Part shown: positions 13,356-27,197 of the stretch, piece after piece
Position numbering within the stretch: the first letter of the stretch is position 1
Layout of the letters: every line of letters starts with the position of its first letter
Origin: the human T2T-CHM13v2.0 reference genome, Homo sapiens
DNA: 64,000 nt
Assembly: GCF_009914755.1 (NCBI RefSeq)
Contig: NC_060928.1
Reading direction: 5' to 3' (one strand)
Notes under the pieces: generated by a model
Databases searched by the model: none
What the model saw: the letters and a program-made list of their open reading frames with translations, nothing else
What the model was told of the DNA's origin: nothing
Translations under genes and position numbers: made by a program

Positions 13356-15188
13356 TTTTTTATTATTATTATACTTTAATTTCTGGGATGCATGTACAGA
13401 ACGTGGAGGTTTGTTTGATAGGTATACACCTGCCATAGTGGTTTACTGCACCCATCAACCAGTCATCTACATTAGGTATTTCTCCTAATGCTATCCCTAC
13501 TCTAGCCCTCGACAGGCCCTGGTGTGTGATGTTCCCCTCCCTGTGTCCATGTGTTCTCATTTTTCAACTCCCACTTACAAGTGAGAACATACAGTGTTTG
13601 GTTTTCTGTTCCTGTGTTAGTTTGTTGAGAATGATGATTTCCAGATTCATCCATGTCCATGCAAAGGACATGGACTCATCCTTTTTTATGGCTGCATAGT
13701 ATTTCATGGTGTATATGTGCCACATTTTCTTTATCCAGTCTATCACTGATGGGCATTTGGGTTGGTTCCAAGTGTTTACTATTGTGAATAGTGCTGCAAT
13801 AAACATACGTGTGGATGTGTCTTTATAGTAGAATGATTTATAATCCTTTGAGTATATACCCAGTAATGGGATTGCTGGGTCAAATGGTATTTCTTGTTCT
13901 AGATCCTTGAGGAATCACCACACTGTCTTCCACAATGGTTGAACTAATTTACATTCCCACAAACAGTGTAAAAGTGTTCCTATTTCTCCACATCCTCTCC
14001 AGCATCTGTTGTTTCCTGACTTTTTCATGATCACCATTCTAACTGGTGTGAGATGGTATCTCATAGTGGTTTTGATTTGTATTTCTCTAATGACCAGTGA
14101 TGATGAGCTTTTTTCATGTTTTTTGGCCGCATGAATGTCTTCTTTAGAGAAGTGTCTGTTCATATCCTTTGACCACTTTTTGATGAGATTTTTTTTTTCT
14201 TGTAAATTTAAGTTCCTTGTAGATTCTGGATATTAGCCCTTTCTCAGATGGATAGATTGCAAAAATTTTCTCCTATTCTGTAGGTTGCCTACTTACTCTG
14301 ATGCTAGTTTCTTTTGCTGTGCAGAAGCTCTTTAGTTTAATTAGATCCTATTTGTCAATTTTGGCTTTTGTTGCCATTGCTTTTGGTGTTTTAGTCATGA
14401 AGTCTTTGTCCATGCCTATGTCCTGAATGGTATTGCCTAGGTTTTCTTTTAGGGTTTTTATGGTTTTAGGTCTTACATTTAAGTCTTTAATCCATCCAGT
14501 GTTAATTATTTTATAAAGTGTAAGGAAAGAAAGTTTCAGTTTTCTGCATATGGCTAGCCAGTTTTCCCAACACCATTTATTAAATAGGGAATCCTTTTCT
14601 CATTGCTTTTGTCAGGTTTGTCAAAGATCAGATGGTTGTAGATATGTGGCATTATTTCTGAGGCCTCTGTTCTGTTCCATTGATCTATATCTGTTTTGGT
14701 ACCAGTACCATGCTGTTTTGGTTACTGTAGCCTTGTCGTATAATTTGAAGTCAGGTAGCGTGATACCTCCAGCTTTGTTCTTTTTGCTTAGGATTAACTT
14801 GGCTATATGGGCTCCTTTTTGGTTCCATATGAAATTTAAAGAAGTGTTTTCTAATTCTGTGAAGAAAGTCAATGGTAGCTTGATGGGGACAGCACTGAAT
14901 CTATAATTTACTTTGGGCAGTATGACCATTTTCATGATATTGATTTTTCCTACCCATGAGCATGGAATGCTTTTCCATTTGTTTGTGTCCTCTCTTATTT
15001 CCTTGAGCAGTGGTTTGTAGTTCTCCTTGAAGAGGTCCTTCACATCCCTTACAAGTTGTATTCCTAGGTATTTTATTCTCTTTGTAGCAATTGTGAATGA
15101 GAGGTCACTTATGATTTGGGTCTCTGTCTATTATTGTTGTACAGGAATGCCTGTGATTTTTACACATTGATTTTGTATCCTGAGACTT
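13356..15188 (-). mobile_element. 5'-truncated LINE-1 (L1PA6/7-like)
   Basis: L1PA 3'UTR (CATCTACATTAGGTATTTCTCCTAATGCTATCCC). ORF2 C-terminal remnants 13564-13806, 13915-14163, 14621-15043 ([15 protein letters not shown]...[11 protein letters not shown]). Confidence 0.93.
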
Positions 15189-15449
15189 CTTTTTCTTTAT
15201 CTTTCACATAGTGCCATGAACACTGTTGAATGTATTCTAATACTACAAATCTAAAATTTACTTAAATAAGCTTATACAAACTTTTATATGGAAATATTTA
15301 TGATAAAGTTCTAGGGCCTTATTTTAAAAGAAATTAAATAAAGAATGTTAAAATACTCTTTTCAAATTAAGGTATCTATTGACTTTCTTACGTATTACTG
15401 GAGCCCTCTAATCTTAAATCAACGTGGCTTTCTAATTATTTCTATATGT

Positions 15450-15790
15450 TTAATCATTTCTTACTTGAGTACATATTTATTTAACATTTCATATGTTCTA
15501 AGTAATAGGCTAGATTCTGGAGATATTATTCTGAACAAGACAGAAAGTACTTTTATTCTACTACAGTCTACTTGGGAAATGTAATTGTAAAAATCAAACA
15601 TTGTTTGAAGATGGAAATGACACATGATATAACATGGACTGAGAGAGCACCTAGCAGGAACACCTTGCTTAGTCTAGGAGGGTCCATGAAAGACTTCCCA
15701 AAAAAAAAGAGCCTCAAAAGTACTGAGGTCAAAGGGGTTTGAGTTATAATTACTAGCCAAGGCAAGAGTGTGGTGATAATACAATGATCC
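15450..15790 (-). mobile_element. L2 fragment
   Basis: ATATTTATTTAACATTTCATATGTTCTAAG...CTAGATTCTGGAGATA...GAACAAGACAG and GAAAGACTTCCC resemble the L2 3' region. Confidence 0.55.
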
Positions 15791-15889
15791 AAAAATATTT
15801 TTAATTTTTTTTTTAATAACACAGTTCTAGTCTGTTATCTTTGGTTTGAGAATGCCTTTCTTCCCTGTAGTGCTTCAGTTACCCAGTTT

Positions 15890-16180
15890 CCTCCACTTGG
15901 AGGTTCTGGTTTCCTTATTCTCTACTTGCCTATCACCTGCATATAGCCAAAAAAAGTAACAGAGGACATTAGCAGAGGACATGGAGAAGACAGATTCATG
16001 TTTCAAGGCCTTGAACCAGAACTGAGTCATTCATGTTTATTCCATTGACAAAAACTAGTCACACAGCCTAGATGGAGAAGGGGCTAAGAAATGGAATTTC
16101 ATGCCTGGAAAGCTACCTTTTAGCAACAAGTTCACATTGTGGATTCAGTTAATAAGTGCTGATGGACAACTAGCCATCTG
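15890..16180 (-). mobile_element. Old MaLR LTR fragment (MLT1K/L-like)
   Basis: ATTCCATTGACAAAAACTAGTCACACAGCC...GGGCTAAGAAATG resembles an MLT1K/L motif. Confidence 0.45.
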
Positions 16181-16534
16181 GACATATGGAATGAGGGTAT
16201 AAATTATTAGGAAGAGTGGAGTTAAACTGTTAAAATGTAACAGTCAAACGTATATTAGTGCTTTATTCAAAATAAACATGAATATGATGCATATGTACTG
16301 CCCAGTGAGGTAGTGTTGAAGAAACATAAAAATGCAAAATTATATAAAATATCTACAAACTTTGAAAGAAATATATTGAATAGCCAGAAGGAGAGTTACT
16401 ATTTTCGTTGATTACAGAAACAAATCATTGAGAATGTTTAAAATATGTTGAGATATTTGGGAGTTAAAAATTTGACTCTAAAAAAATTTGGTATTATTTG
16501 ATATTTGATATTTGGGGTTAAAAATGTGACTCTA

Positions 16535-17075
<541 letters not shown>

Positions 17076-17742
17076 CACCCCCCAAAATTGATTCTGATTG
17101 GTTAAATATGAATAGAAAAGATAAAGAGAATTTGGGCCAGAGTTGGTCTCCCCTGATGACCAGTGAATCCAGTACATTTATTCAAGGAGCACACAATTTT
17201 CATCTTGATTATTGTTCAATTTAGATATAAAGCCAAACCTAGGCACTAGGTAACGATCTTAGGAATATTTAGTAGCTAAATAGAACAAGAAATATATTTA
17301 TATATTTATATAAACCAGTTTCTGAGAAAAGGGCAGTCATGTATGGTGGGTCCAAGCAAGAAAGCAGTCAAATTTAGAATATTTATATCAGATATCATTT
17401 TTTTCCTGGCAATATATAGCAGAAAAAAAGAAAAAAAAGAAAGACCAAAAATCAAAAGACTAGTTAAAACATATGGGGAAAAGATTCCAGGAGCTTATTG
17501 AAGACTTGTAACCTGAGCAAACAGTACTAGGAAAAATGAGAAATAGTCTTAATATTTCAGTTTCCCTTGGGTCCCAGATCTCCTTCAACTGGAATTCAGA
17601 AAGATGTTTTGTTCTCCTTGCTGCCTGGAAGAACACATGCCCAGGATTCAGGTTCTCATTTCTACTATTTCTCATCTAGATTCCTGGGCAGTGCATTGCT
17701 GTCATCAACTTTCCAGACCATTTCCTGGGAAGGCAAGTCTGA

Positions 17743-17914
17743 ACAAAAGAAAGAGAAAAATAAGAGAGAAGGAGAGGGGGAAAAAGAAAAAAGGAAGGGA
17801 AAAGAAAGGGAAACAAAGAAAGAAGAGAGGAGAGAAGGAAATAAAAAGGAAGGAAGAAAGGAAGGAAAACAGAAGGGAGAGAGACAGAAGAAAATAAAAA
17901 TAAATAAATAAAAA
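17743..17914. repeat. Purine-rich (GA/GAAA) low-complexity tract
   Basis: About 170 bp almost all A/G, ending in (AAAT)n. It explains the K/E/R-rich and F/S/L-rich ORFs in the track. Confidence 0.9.
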
Positions 17915-19502
17915 ATTGGACGTTGAGCCAAAATCTCTAACAATCAGGAGTTTTCTAGTTACTAGGAAAAAAATGATGTAAATGGAGAAAGGGGTAATTT
18001 GATGGTGAATGAGTGAGAGTACACTGGGTTGATGGATAAAATGTAGCCAGATATAATGACAGAAGTGATTTTATGCCTTGAGAGGACATGTCTCTTTAGT
18101 ACCAGTACTTGTTAACATAAAATACTAGCTACCTTTTTGGAGCTATATTGACATGCATCCACCCAAATTGATAAGTGTTCTCATCTCACCTGACTCATTT
18201 GGCAGAAATAAGCTTAGTCGCGAATCAGCTTATTCACAGGAACCTTCCAAAAATACTGTAATTTATGTTTTTATTCAAAACATTGTATTTTATAACTACT
18301 GTTTGGCCTGCTCTAGATTTTCCCCCAAACTTCTGTTAAGGATATTTTTAATTGCCTTTGGAGAGCCATCCCTCCCTTAAGTGAAGTCCACAAGTTAACC
18401 TCTGGCTAACCCATGTGAAACAAGAACTACACTATATCCCTGGACACAATTATTGGTTCAAAAATAGAACTATATCAACTTTGGTATATCAAAATTAATT
18501 TCAAAAAAATGTATAATTCTTTTGGGAAAGAGAGTCCTACATTCTGTAGAGATTACTAAATTAAGAGGAAGTAAATCTACAGCTACAAACAGCCATTTTT
18601 CAAACTTTGAAGAAAGAGTGTGAATATACAGGTTAAGTGGAAGAAAAGAAGAACCAAGACATAGATTTACATTAAAGAAACCTGACTCCAACCATTTTAA
18701 ACAAAAAAGCAAAAACTAAAATTTCAGATGATAGTTCAAATTTTCAAACTAAATTTTTTGATTGTTATAGCATATATTACAGTCACTTTACCCCCGTGTT
18801 AGCCCCCTTCTCCTCCTAGTGTTGACAAAATGGCTGCCTGCATCCACAGATGCACTTCCCTACATTCAGCAATGCCCTTGAAATGTAAGATACTACCTCA
18901 GCACATCCATCTAGCTTTGCTGTAACTGTCAAGCTTCTGAATATTTTAGCTTTTGTCTTTTTGTTTAAATAGCTGGAGATGGGTTTTTTAAATGTAAAAC
19001 TTAAGGAGTCTCAGACCAAGAAACAAACATTGAGTTACTGCAAAGTTTTCTTACCTGTCAGGACAATATCATGTCTGACAATTGATATTTTAGTGACAGG
19101 AATATGCTAACAAAAATCTGCTAATAGAGAAAATGAGAATAATTAATAAAAGATGAGTTGGTGAGAGAACCTCTTTATCTTAAATAATGTGGGATACAGG
19201 TATGCATTTTAAAAATAGTATTATACTTATTGAATATTAGAAGTTATACATGTCATTACACTGAAAATGATAGGTCACATAATGTCAAGAAAACAACTCT
19301 CCTCAATAAATAGTAGATCATTAAATTAAATAAATATGTTTTGAATTCTCATTATGTTCAGAACATTGTGCTAAACACACTGTATATAATGCTATCCAAA
19401 ATAGCCAATTGCTTAATATCTTAGGCAATTTGATTTCAGAAGCCTATGAGAGGTTTGATCATTCTTAAAATTTCTGTAAGTCATTGAAACATTTAGAATA
19501 TA

Positions 19503-19518
19503 CATATACGTATATGCA

Positions 19519-19587
<69 letters not shown>
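19503..19587. repeat. (TG)n-(TA)n compound microsatellite in the Alu tail
   Basis: About 24 TG units then TA units, lying inside the Alu TSD pair. Confidence 0.95.
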
Positions 19588-19888
<301 letters not shown>

Positions 19889-19987
19889 TAGAATATATTT
19901 TACTCTTGCTTTGCCTAGAATTATCTGGTGACCAAAATTAGGAAGGAAAAATCTGATGCTCAAACATTGGCTAGTCTATATAATTCT

Positions 19988-20065
19988 ATTATATATATTA
20001 TATATATAAAATATATATATAATATATATATAAAATATATAATATATATATATATTATATATAAA

Positions 20066-20096
<31 letters not shown>
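19988..20096. repeat. (TA)n-rich tract (Alu tail)
   Basis: About 110 bp of A/T only, mostly alternating. Confidence 0.95.
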
Positions 20097-20467
<371 letters not shown>

Positions 20468-22239
20468 TGAATAATACTAAAACTGGAGAAATGCTCCAGG
20501 AATAAAGGACTTAGTGTTTTCATAGAAAAGCAATCATATTTTAGAAAGTTGTTTTTTAAAAAATATTTCCTTTAAAAATAAACAAACTGAACGAATTCAA
20601 CATTTTTCAGGCTTATCTTATTAAATAACTTTGTAATTTGATTGAATGATAAACTCTTTCATCTTTACCTGAATTTTCATTGTACACTTAAATTGCTATT
20701 CATGGATTATTTCATAGCATATAACATAAGCCCCATTGAAACAATATTAACATCATTCTTTCCTTCATTACACTGGATCTAGTAAATATTCATTTGATTG
20801 AAGAAAATTTTCACATAATTTGGCCATCAAATATTTTCTCCCCCTGAAGATGAGAATCTCTAGAATGGAACAGGGGAATCAGTAAAATTTGCTGAGGATA
20901 TAGGTAATATAATTGATGGTTTAAAGTTTTGTCTGTATAAAATAGACACAAAAATTAGATGTAATAGACAAAAAAAAATTAGAGTAAATTCCTTACAGTC
21001 AAGTTTTAAAGTTTAAATTCATACGGTGAACAGCATGATAATCAAGCCGCCTTGGATTTGAAAAGGGACAGTTTCGTTATGCTTTTTGTTATTCTTGCAG
21101 GAGGTTCACTTGGTTAATATGAGGCCTGTTCGAATTAAGCAGCTTCTGTGACTGCCTTTGGTTGCTGCTGTATGAGACTCTTTCTCACAATTTCTTTTTA
21201 GGTTTCCTTCCTCTCTGGCATGACTTTTTCTCCCAGGACTAGGTCATCAACACCCAAGAGACTACTGAATTTACTTTGAAGAAGTTCATCCCTGGCTTCT
21301 TTTCTGGGTTCCACATCTAAATCTCTGTGATAGACATGGAGATTGCCTCCAAAATCTAAATTTCATTGTATATTAAAACAAACTCTAAATTTCTACTGCC
21401 CATCAACGGACCAATTTCCCGTATGTTTACTCTTTCATTTCAGTTTTCAGTTTTATTTTTCTACTAATAGCAGTCATAGGATAAAATTACTTGTATTATT
21501 CTCAGTCATTTTCCACCATTCTCCCTCCTCTCTTCCTATCTCACCCTCTCCCCGTCTCTCTACTTTTCTCGCCTGTTCCTCTTTTCCCCATGCTTTCTCT
21601 CTCTTTCCTGGGCTTCATTAAGTCTTACCTAAATGAATTATTGCTTTCTTAATTCTTCTCCCTTGACCTTATTTGAACAAACTAAAACCCATCTTCTTCA
21701 AATTGCCAAATTTAACTAGATAAACAATAGTCATCATTGTTACACTCCATTGTTAAAAATTATTTGAAAGTAGGGCAGAACATAGTATTAAAAGAACACA
21801 AGTTTTTAATTTCCCCTGCCCCAATTCAGATGCTTTACACATCTCTCTTGTTTCTCCTGGACTTACGCAGCCTTCCTGCTCATTTATTTTCATGCCTATG
21901 ACTGGTGTTCTTGGATTACTCATTTATTTAACCGGTTGACCAGACGTACCCACCTCTAAGTCTATTGCAATCTCCTCTATTGCTGCCAAGAGAAGGAAAC
22001 ACTGTACACCTGGAGACAAACCCTGATGTGAAGGTCAGTAAATTAGCCCTCTGTCAAAAGTACAACCACAGCCACTTATTTCATCAGTTTCTTGGGATAT
22101 GGCCCTGGTCAGCATATGCACTAACTCACTTTTCACTAAGATACCTAAGTGCTCCACAGGTCATATAAGTATGATTTTATGGCAATGTGATCATAAGAAG
22201 CTAAATTTCTCTCATGAATTTCCTAGTTCAAAAAAGTCC

Positions 22240-22810
22240 TCAGGTGAATGGATAAAGAAAATATGGCCTATACATACACTGAAATAATATTCAGCCTTTA
22301 AAGAAAGAGTAAAATTCTTTCATTTGGGATAATATGAATCGACCAGAAAATATCACGCTAAATAAAATAAGCAAGGCACTGAAATACAAATACTGCATGA
22401 TCTCACTTATATGTGGAATAAAAAATTTTAAAAACTCATCAAATCCATAGAAGGAGAGACTAGAATGATTGCTACCAGAAGCTGAGGGTGAAGATGGGGA
22501 GAACGGAATGGAAAGTTGACAGTCCGGGGTTATAAAATTTTAGCTGAACAGCAGGAATACATTTTGAGATCTATTGCATAACAAGGTGACTAAAGTCAAT
22601 AATAATGTATATTTCAAAAAAACTAAAACACTATATTTTAAATGTATCACCACAAAAGAAGGTCAAGTCAGGTACGGATATATTAATATGCTATATGTTG
22701 ATTTTATTAGTCTACATTATATACATATATCAAAACCTTACATTGTCTTCCATAAATGCAATGCAATTATATTCTATCAATTAAAACATATAAATCAAAA
22801 CAAAACCTAA
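22240..22810 (+). mobile_element. L1MA-type 3' end
   Basis: GAATGGATAAAGAAAATATGG...CAAATACTGCATGATCTCACTTATATGTGGAAT...GAGATCTATTGCATAACAAGGTGACTA, then A-rich tail. Confidence 0.8.
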
Positions 22811-23079
22811 AGACCTTTATGTAAAGACTAAAGGCAAAATTGCCTTTGCCAAGATTTTTGCAGCCATAAATCAATCATGTTCCTGAGTTCAATCCTTTTC
22901 TGCTTCAGCTTTTCTCCATCCTATTCTCTCTTCCCTGTGGAGGGTGACTCTTCCCAAATCTTTAGGGAACAGATAACCAAGTCTGCATTAGGAAAGGTAG
23001 CAAGTAGAAGACTGTTTTTCCAGTCTACCTTGGTTAGAATGAGAGAATAGCAGTAGTTTCCATCTCTGGATACATATTA

Positions 23080-23448
<369 letters not shown>

Positions 23449-24441
23449 ATAAAATTGTAGATATTAAAATAAATTAAATATCTAACATTTAACCATATAT
23501 GGTGAATAGCATGAGAATCACTCACCATACACGGCGATTCAGAGAGCCATAGAAGAAGTGAGAGTCGGGTCAGCTTCATGAGGAGAAAATCCAAGGAGAC
23601 AAGTACCCATGGTTATCCATCAAATGCGGAAACACAATATTTGCACTTCTTTGTAGTTTAAAAGCTGTATATTAAATATATGAAAGCAAACTTGATATTT
23701 AAATTTATGCTTTATCTCTAAAAATAACTATTTTATTGCCTGGGATGAAGGAAGAGAAAAAACTAGACCTCTAATAATATATGTGTATAATTATGGTGCA
23801 AATCAGTACACACACACACATATATTATATACACGTGGACGTGGTACAATAATTATTTACCATATAGTTAAATGTTTGTTTGATCTTTCATTTTTTTCTC
23901 CTCCCAACCTTCTTTCCTCTGTTAACATAAACACATTTGAATCCTCTCCCAATAATGACTGAAAGGAAAGGCATTTGTTCCCACAAGAAAAACGGGTATG
24001 GCATAGGTTTGAGGATCCTGATTAGACCACATTTTCAAGGCTAAAGTTTTCAAAAGGGATCTACTCCACAACGTTTGAGGTTTTGCATATCATTTTCTGT
24101 CCTTTCTGAAATTAGAGAGGAGATAAAGCAGTGCATGATTGTGTGGCATCAAAGCAACAGTCATTGTCTTGCTCTTGCTTAGCATTTTCCATCCTGCTTA
24201 GCTACAACCAAAGTAAACCTGATGGACCAAATGAAAGGGTAGTATCTGGCTCGGTTGTTGCATCACAGCGGGTATATATTTATCCTATATCTGTATCTCT
24301 GGTTAGTGTTTTTTTGTGTACTGCTTATGTGTGGCTTTTAATCGCCCTTTAGAATTAGGACTTCTTGTCTAGGCAGAATACTCTCAGTTGGGCCAAATCC
24401 AGTTCTTTAGAGCTGTGAGCCTATGGAGAGAGCATCATTTC

Positions 24442-24729
24442 TTTTTTTTTTTTTTTTCTTAATACTTTAAGTTCTGGGATACTTGTGCAGAACATGCAGG
24501 TTTGTTACATAGGTATACACATGCCATGGTGGTTTGCTGCATCCACCAACCCATCATCTACATCAGGTATTTCTCCTAATGCTATCCCTCCCCTAGCCCC
24601 CCACCCTCTGACCTACCCCGGTGTGTGATGTTCCCCTCCCTGTGTCCATGTGTTCTTGTTGTTCAACTCCCACTTATAAGGGAGAACATGCGGTGTTTGG
24701 TTTTCTGTTCCTGTGTTAGTTTGCTGAGA
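24442..24729 (-). mobile_element. Short L1PA (6/7-like) 3'-end insertion
   Basis: PolyT then ATACTTTAAGTTCTGGGATACTTGTGCAGAACATGCAGG...TGTTAGTTTGCTGAGA. Same 3'UTR type as 13356-15188. Confidence 0.9.
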
Positions 24730-25379
24730 TTTTACCTATTCCTTGCACCCCTTTACACAAGAATCTACCTGAAGGACTCTGTAGAAAAAAGGTGTGGTTG
24801 GGCTAAAGCAAAATTAGAATATTCTTGGCTCTTCTAGCCCAGCATAATCTAAATAGCACCATTAATATCTTCTTTTATCTTTCTTGTTAGTGCATTTAAG
24901 TTTATGTAAATTATGCTGTTCCAAATAAACTACTATTTTAATCTCTCAAAAATTACTATAACATTATTCATACAGATTATTCTTTATAGAACTAAGAGCT
25001 ATCTATTTATAAGCTCTTATAATTATCTTGGAATGGAAAAGGTAGTTTTTAAAATTTCATTAATTTATTTAGACTACCAATGAGTATCATTCAGAACATT
25101 ATAGCTCCCTAATGTTTATGTAATGATATTCAATAACCTGGAAGACACCACGCAGTTTGTAAAACAGACTTTTAGGAAGAGCTTGTAGATAACAAGAATC
25201 TGGATTATCGAAATAAAACACAAAGAGGACTGACTACCTCCGAATGACTGAAGCAGGACAAACTCAGTAACAATTTTAACCTAACCATTATCACATTTGT
25301 AAATGTAAGAGTAAGTGAGGGTTATGGAATGGCATGTGGACTAAATAAATGTAAAGCACTAAAAATTCTGGTATTTTTG

Positions 25380-25677
<298 letters not shown>

Positions 25678-26513
25678 GTTATTTTTTTTTATTCCAAGAA
25701 ACACTTTGGTATGCCTCAGGGTGGTGTTAATTATTACTTCTCTTGATACTTGTGGGAGATACAAATTTCACATTAAAGTTATAAATAAAATTGTTGTATG
25801 CTTCAATTCTTCAATGTTTAATGTTAATTGATTTAATTAGCTTCTTCAAAGGCATATACATTCAGAAAAAAATAATACATTTAAACAGGTTTCACAGTTT
25901 TGGAAGAGTTATATTATTCCATTATTGCAGATTAAATGTGCCCAAAAGCAACTTTGTGAAGTATACATATGTTAATTGGGACATTAGAGAATGCATTTTG
26001 GCATATGCGTCTCAAAGATATAAATAGCACAAACAACCGTGAGATTCTTAACTGCCTATATTAGAGTTTTGGGTTTACCCCAAGTGTCCCTGGCTGAAAT
26101 TTAAGGACCTTGAGGGTTGAGAGAATGTCTTATTCCTCTTTAAAACACCAGCACCTAGCAAAGTTTATAGCTCCTATTTGGCCTTCAATAAATACATTTT
26201 AAATAAAAACTGAGAAGATATATTTCAATATAAAAAGACTTCAGACGATTCATAAATGTATATTTTATTTTTCCTTCAACTGAGGCTTGACCTAGTATAA
26301 TGTTGTCTATTAAAAAAAATTCTGAGCTGAGAGTTCATACCATAACACATAGAACATATTATAACTTGCTTTGAGTGAAAAGTAAAGGTTATAGTTCTGT
26401 TAACTAGTACCAAAGCAGAAAGTGCATTTTCCAGAATATGCAATCATCTTGCCTGGAAGTGTGGTCAAGGCAGTAAATATATTCCTGAAAGATAATAAAA
26501 TAGAGTGAGAGTT

Positions 26514-26773
26514 GACGCCTGTGGTCCCAGCACTTTGCGAGGCCGAGGTCGGGTAGATCACGAGGTCAGCAGATCGAGACCATAATGGCTAACACGGTGA
26601 AACCCGTCTCTACTAAAAATACAAAAATTAGCCGGGCATGGTGGCGGGCGCCTGTAGTCCCAGCTACTCCGGAGGCTGAGGCAGGAGAATGGCGTGAACC
26701 CGGGAGGCGGAGCTTGCAGTGAGCGGAGATCCCGCACTCCAGCGTGAGGGACAGCGAAACTCCATATCAAAAA
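26514..26773 (+). mobile_element. AluY, slightly 5'-truncated
   Basis: GAATGGCGTGAACCCGGGAGGCGGAGCTTGCAG. Perfect 17-bp TSD AAAATAGAGTGAGAGTT (26497-26513, 26774-26790). Confidence 0.93.
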
Positions 26774-27128
26774 AAAATAGAGTGAGAGTTAAGGATGCTT
26801 CTGCTGTCCCCATTTAACATAATGATATTATAAAAACACTTGAGTTCTACTTGTTTGATATACGTTTGAATCTTTTAATTCTTTCAAATACATTGTCAAA
26901 AATTCTTGAATTCAGAAGTTTGCCTTGACTCCCTGGCATCTTGGACATAGCACTTATAATGCTATATACATAATGGACAGGTGTACACTGCAAACTGAAA
27001 AGAATCTCTAGTTACATGGGGATAGTCTAATATTAAGTCATCTGGGCTAAATTATCATGGGTTAAATTATGTCTTATTAAAAATACATATAACACTATGG
27101 AGCCCAAAGCCTGATATTTGTGTTTCAG

Positions 27129-27197
27129 TAAAATACACCCAAGAAAACCTAAATGCACCCCAAGAAAAATCTAAATGCACCCAAGAAAAATGTAAAT
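27129..27197. repeat. ~21-bp tandem repeat, about 3 copies
   Basis: TAAATGCACCCAAGAAAAATC-like unit repeated three times. Confidence 0.85.

Noticed and set aside
14621-15043. 140-aa ORF, the longest in the track
   Set aside because: Fragment of L1 ORF2 in a 5'-truncated element, not a host gene.
17567-17943. K/E/R-rich and F/S/L-rich ORFs
   Set aside because: Translations of a purine-rich low-complexity tract.
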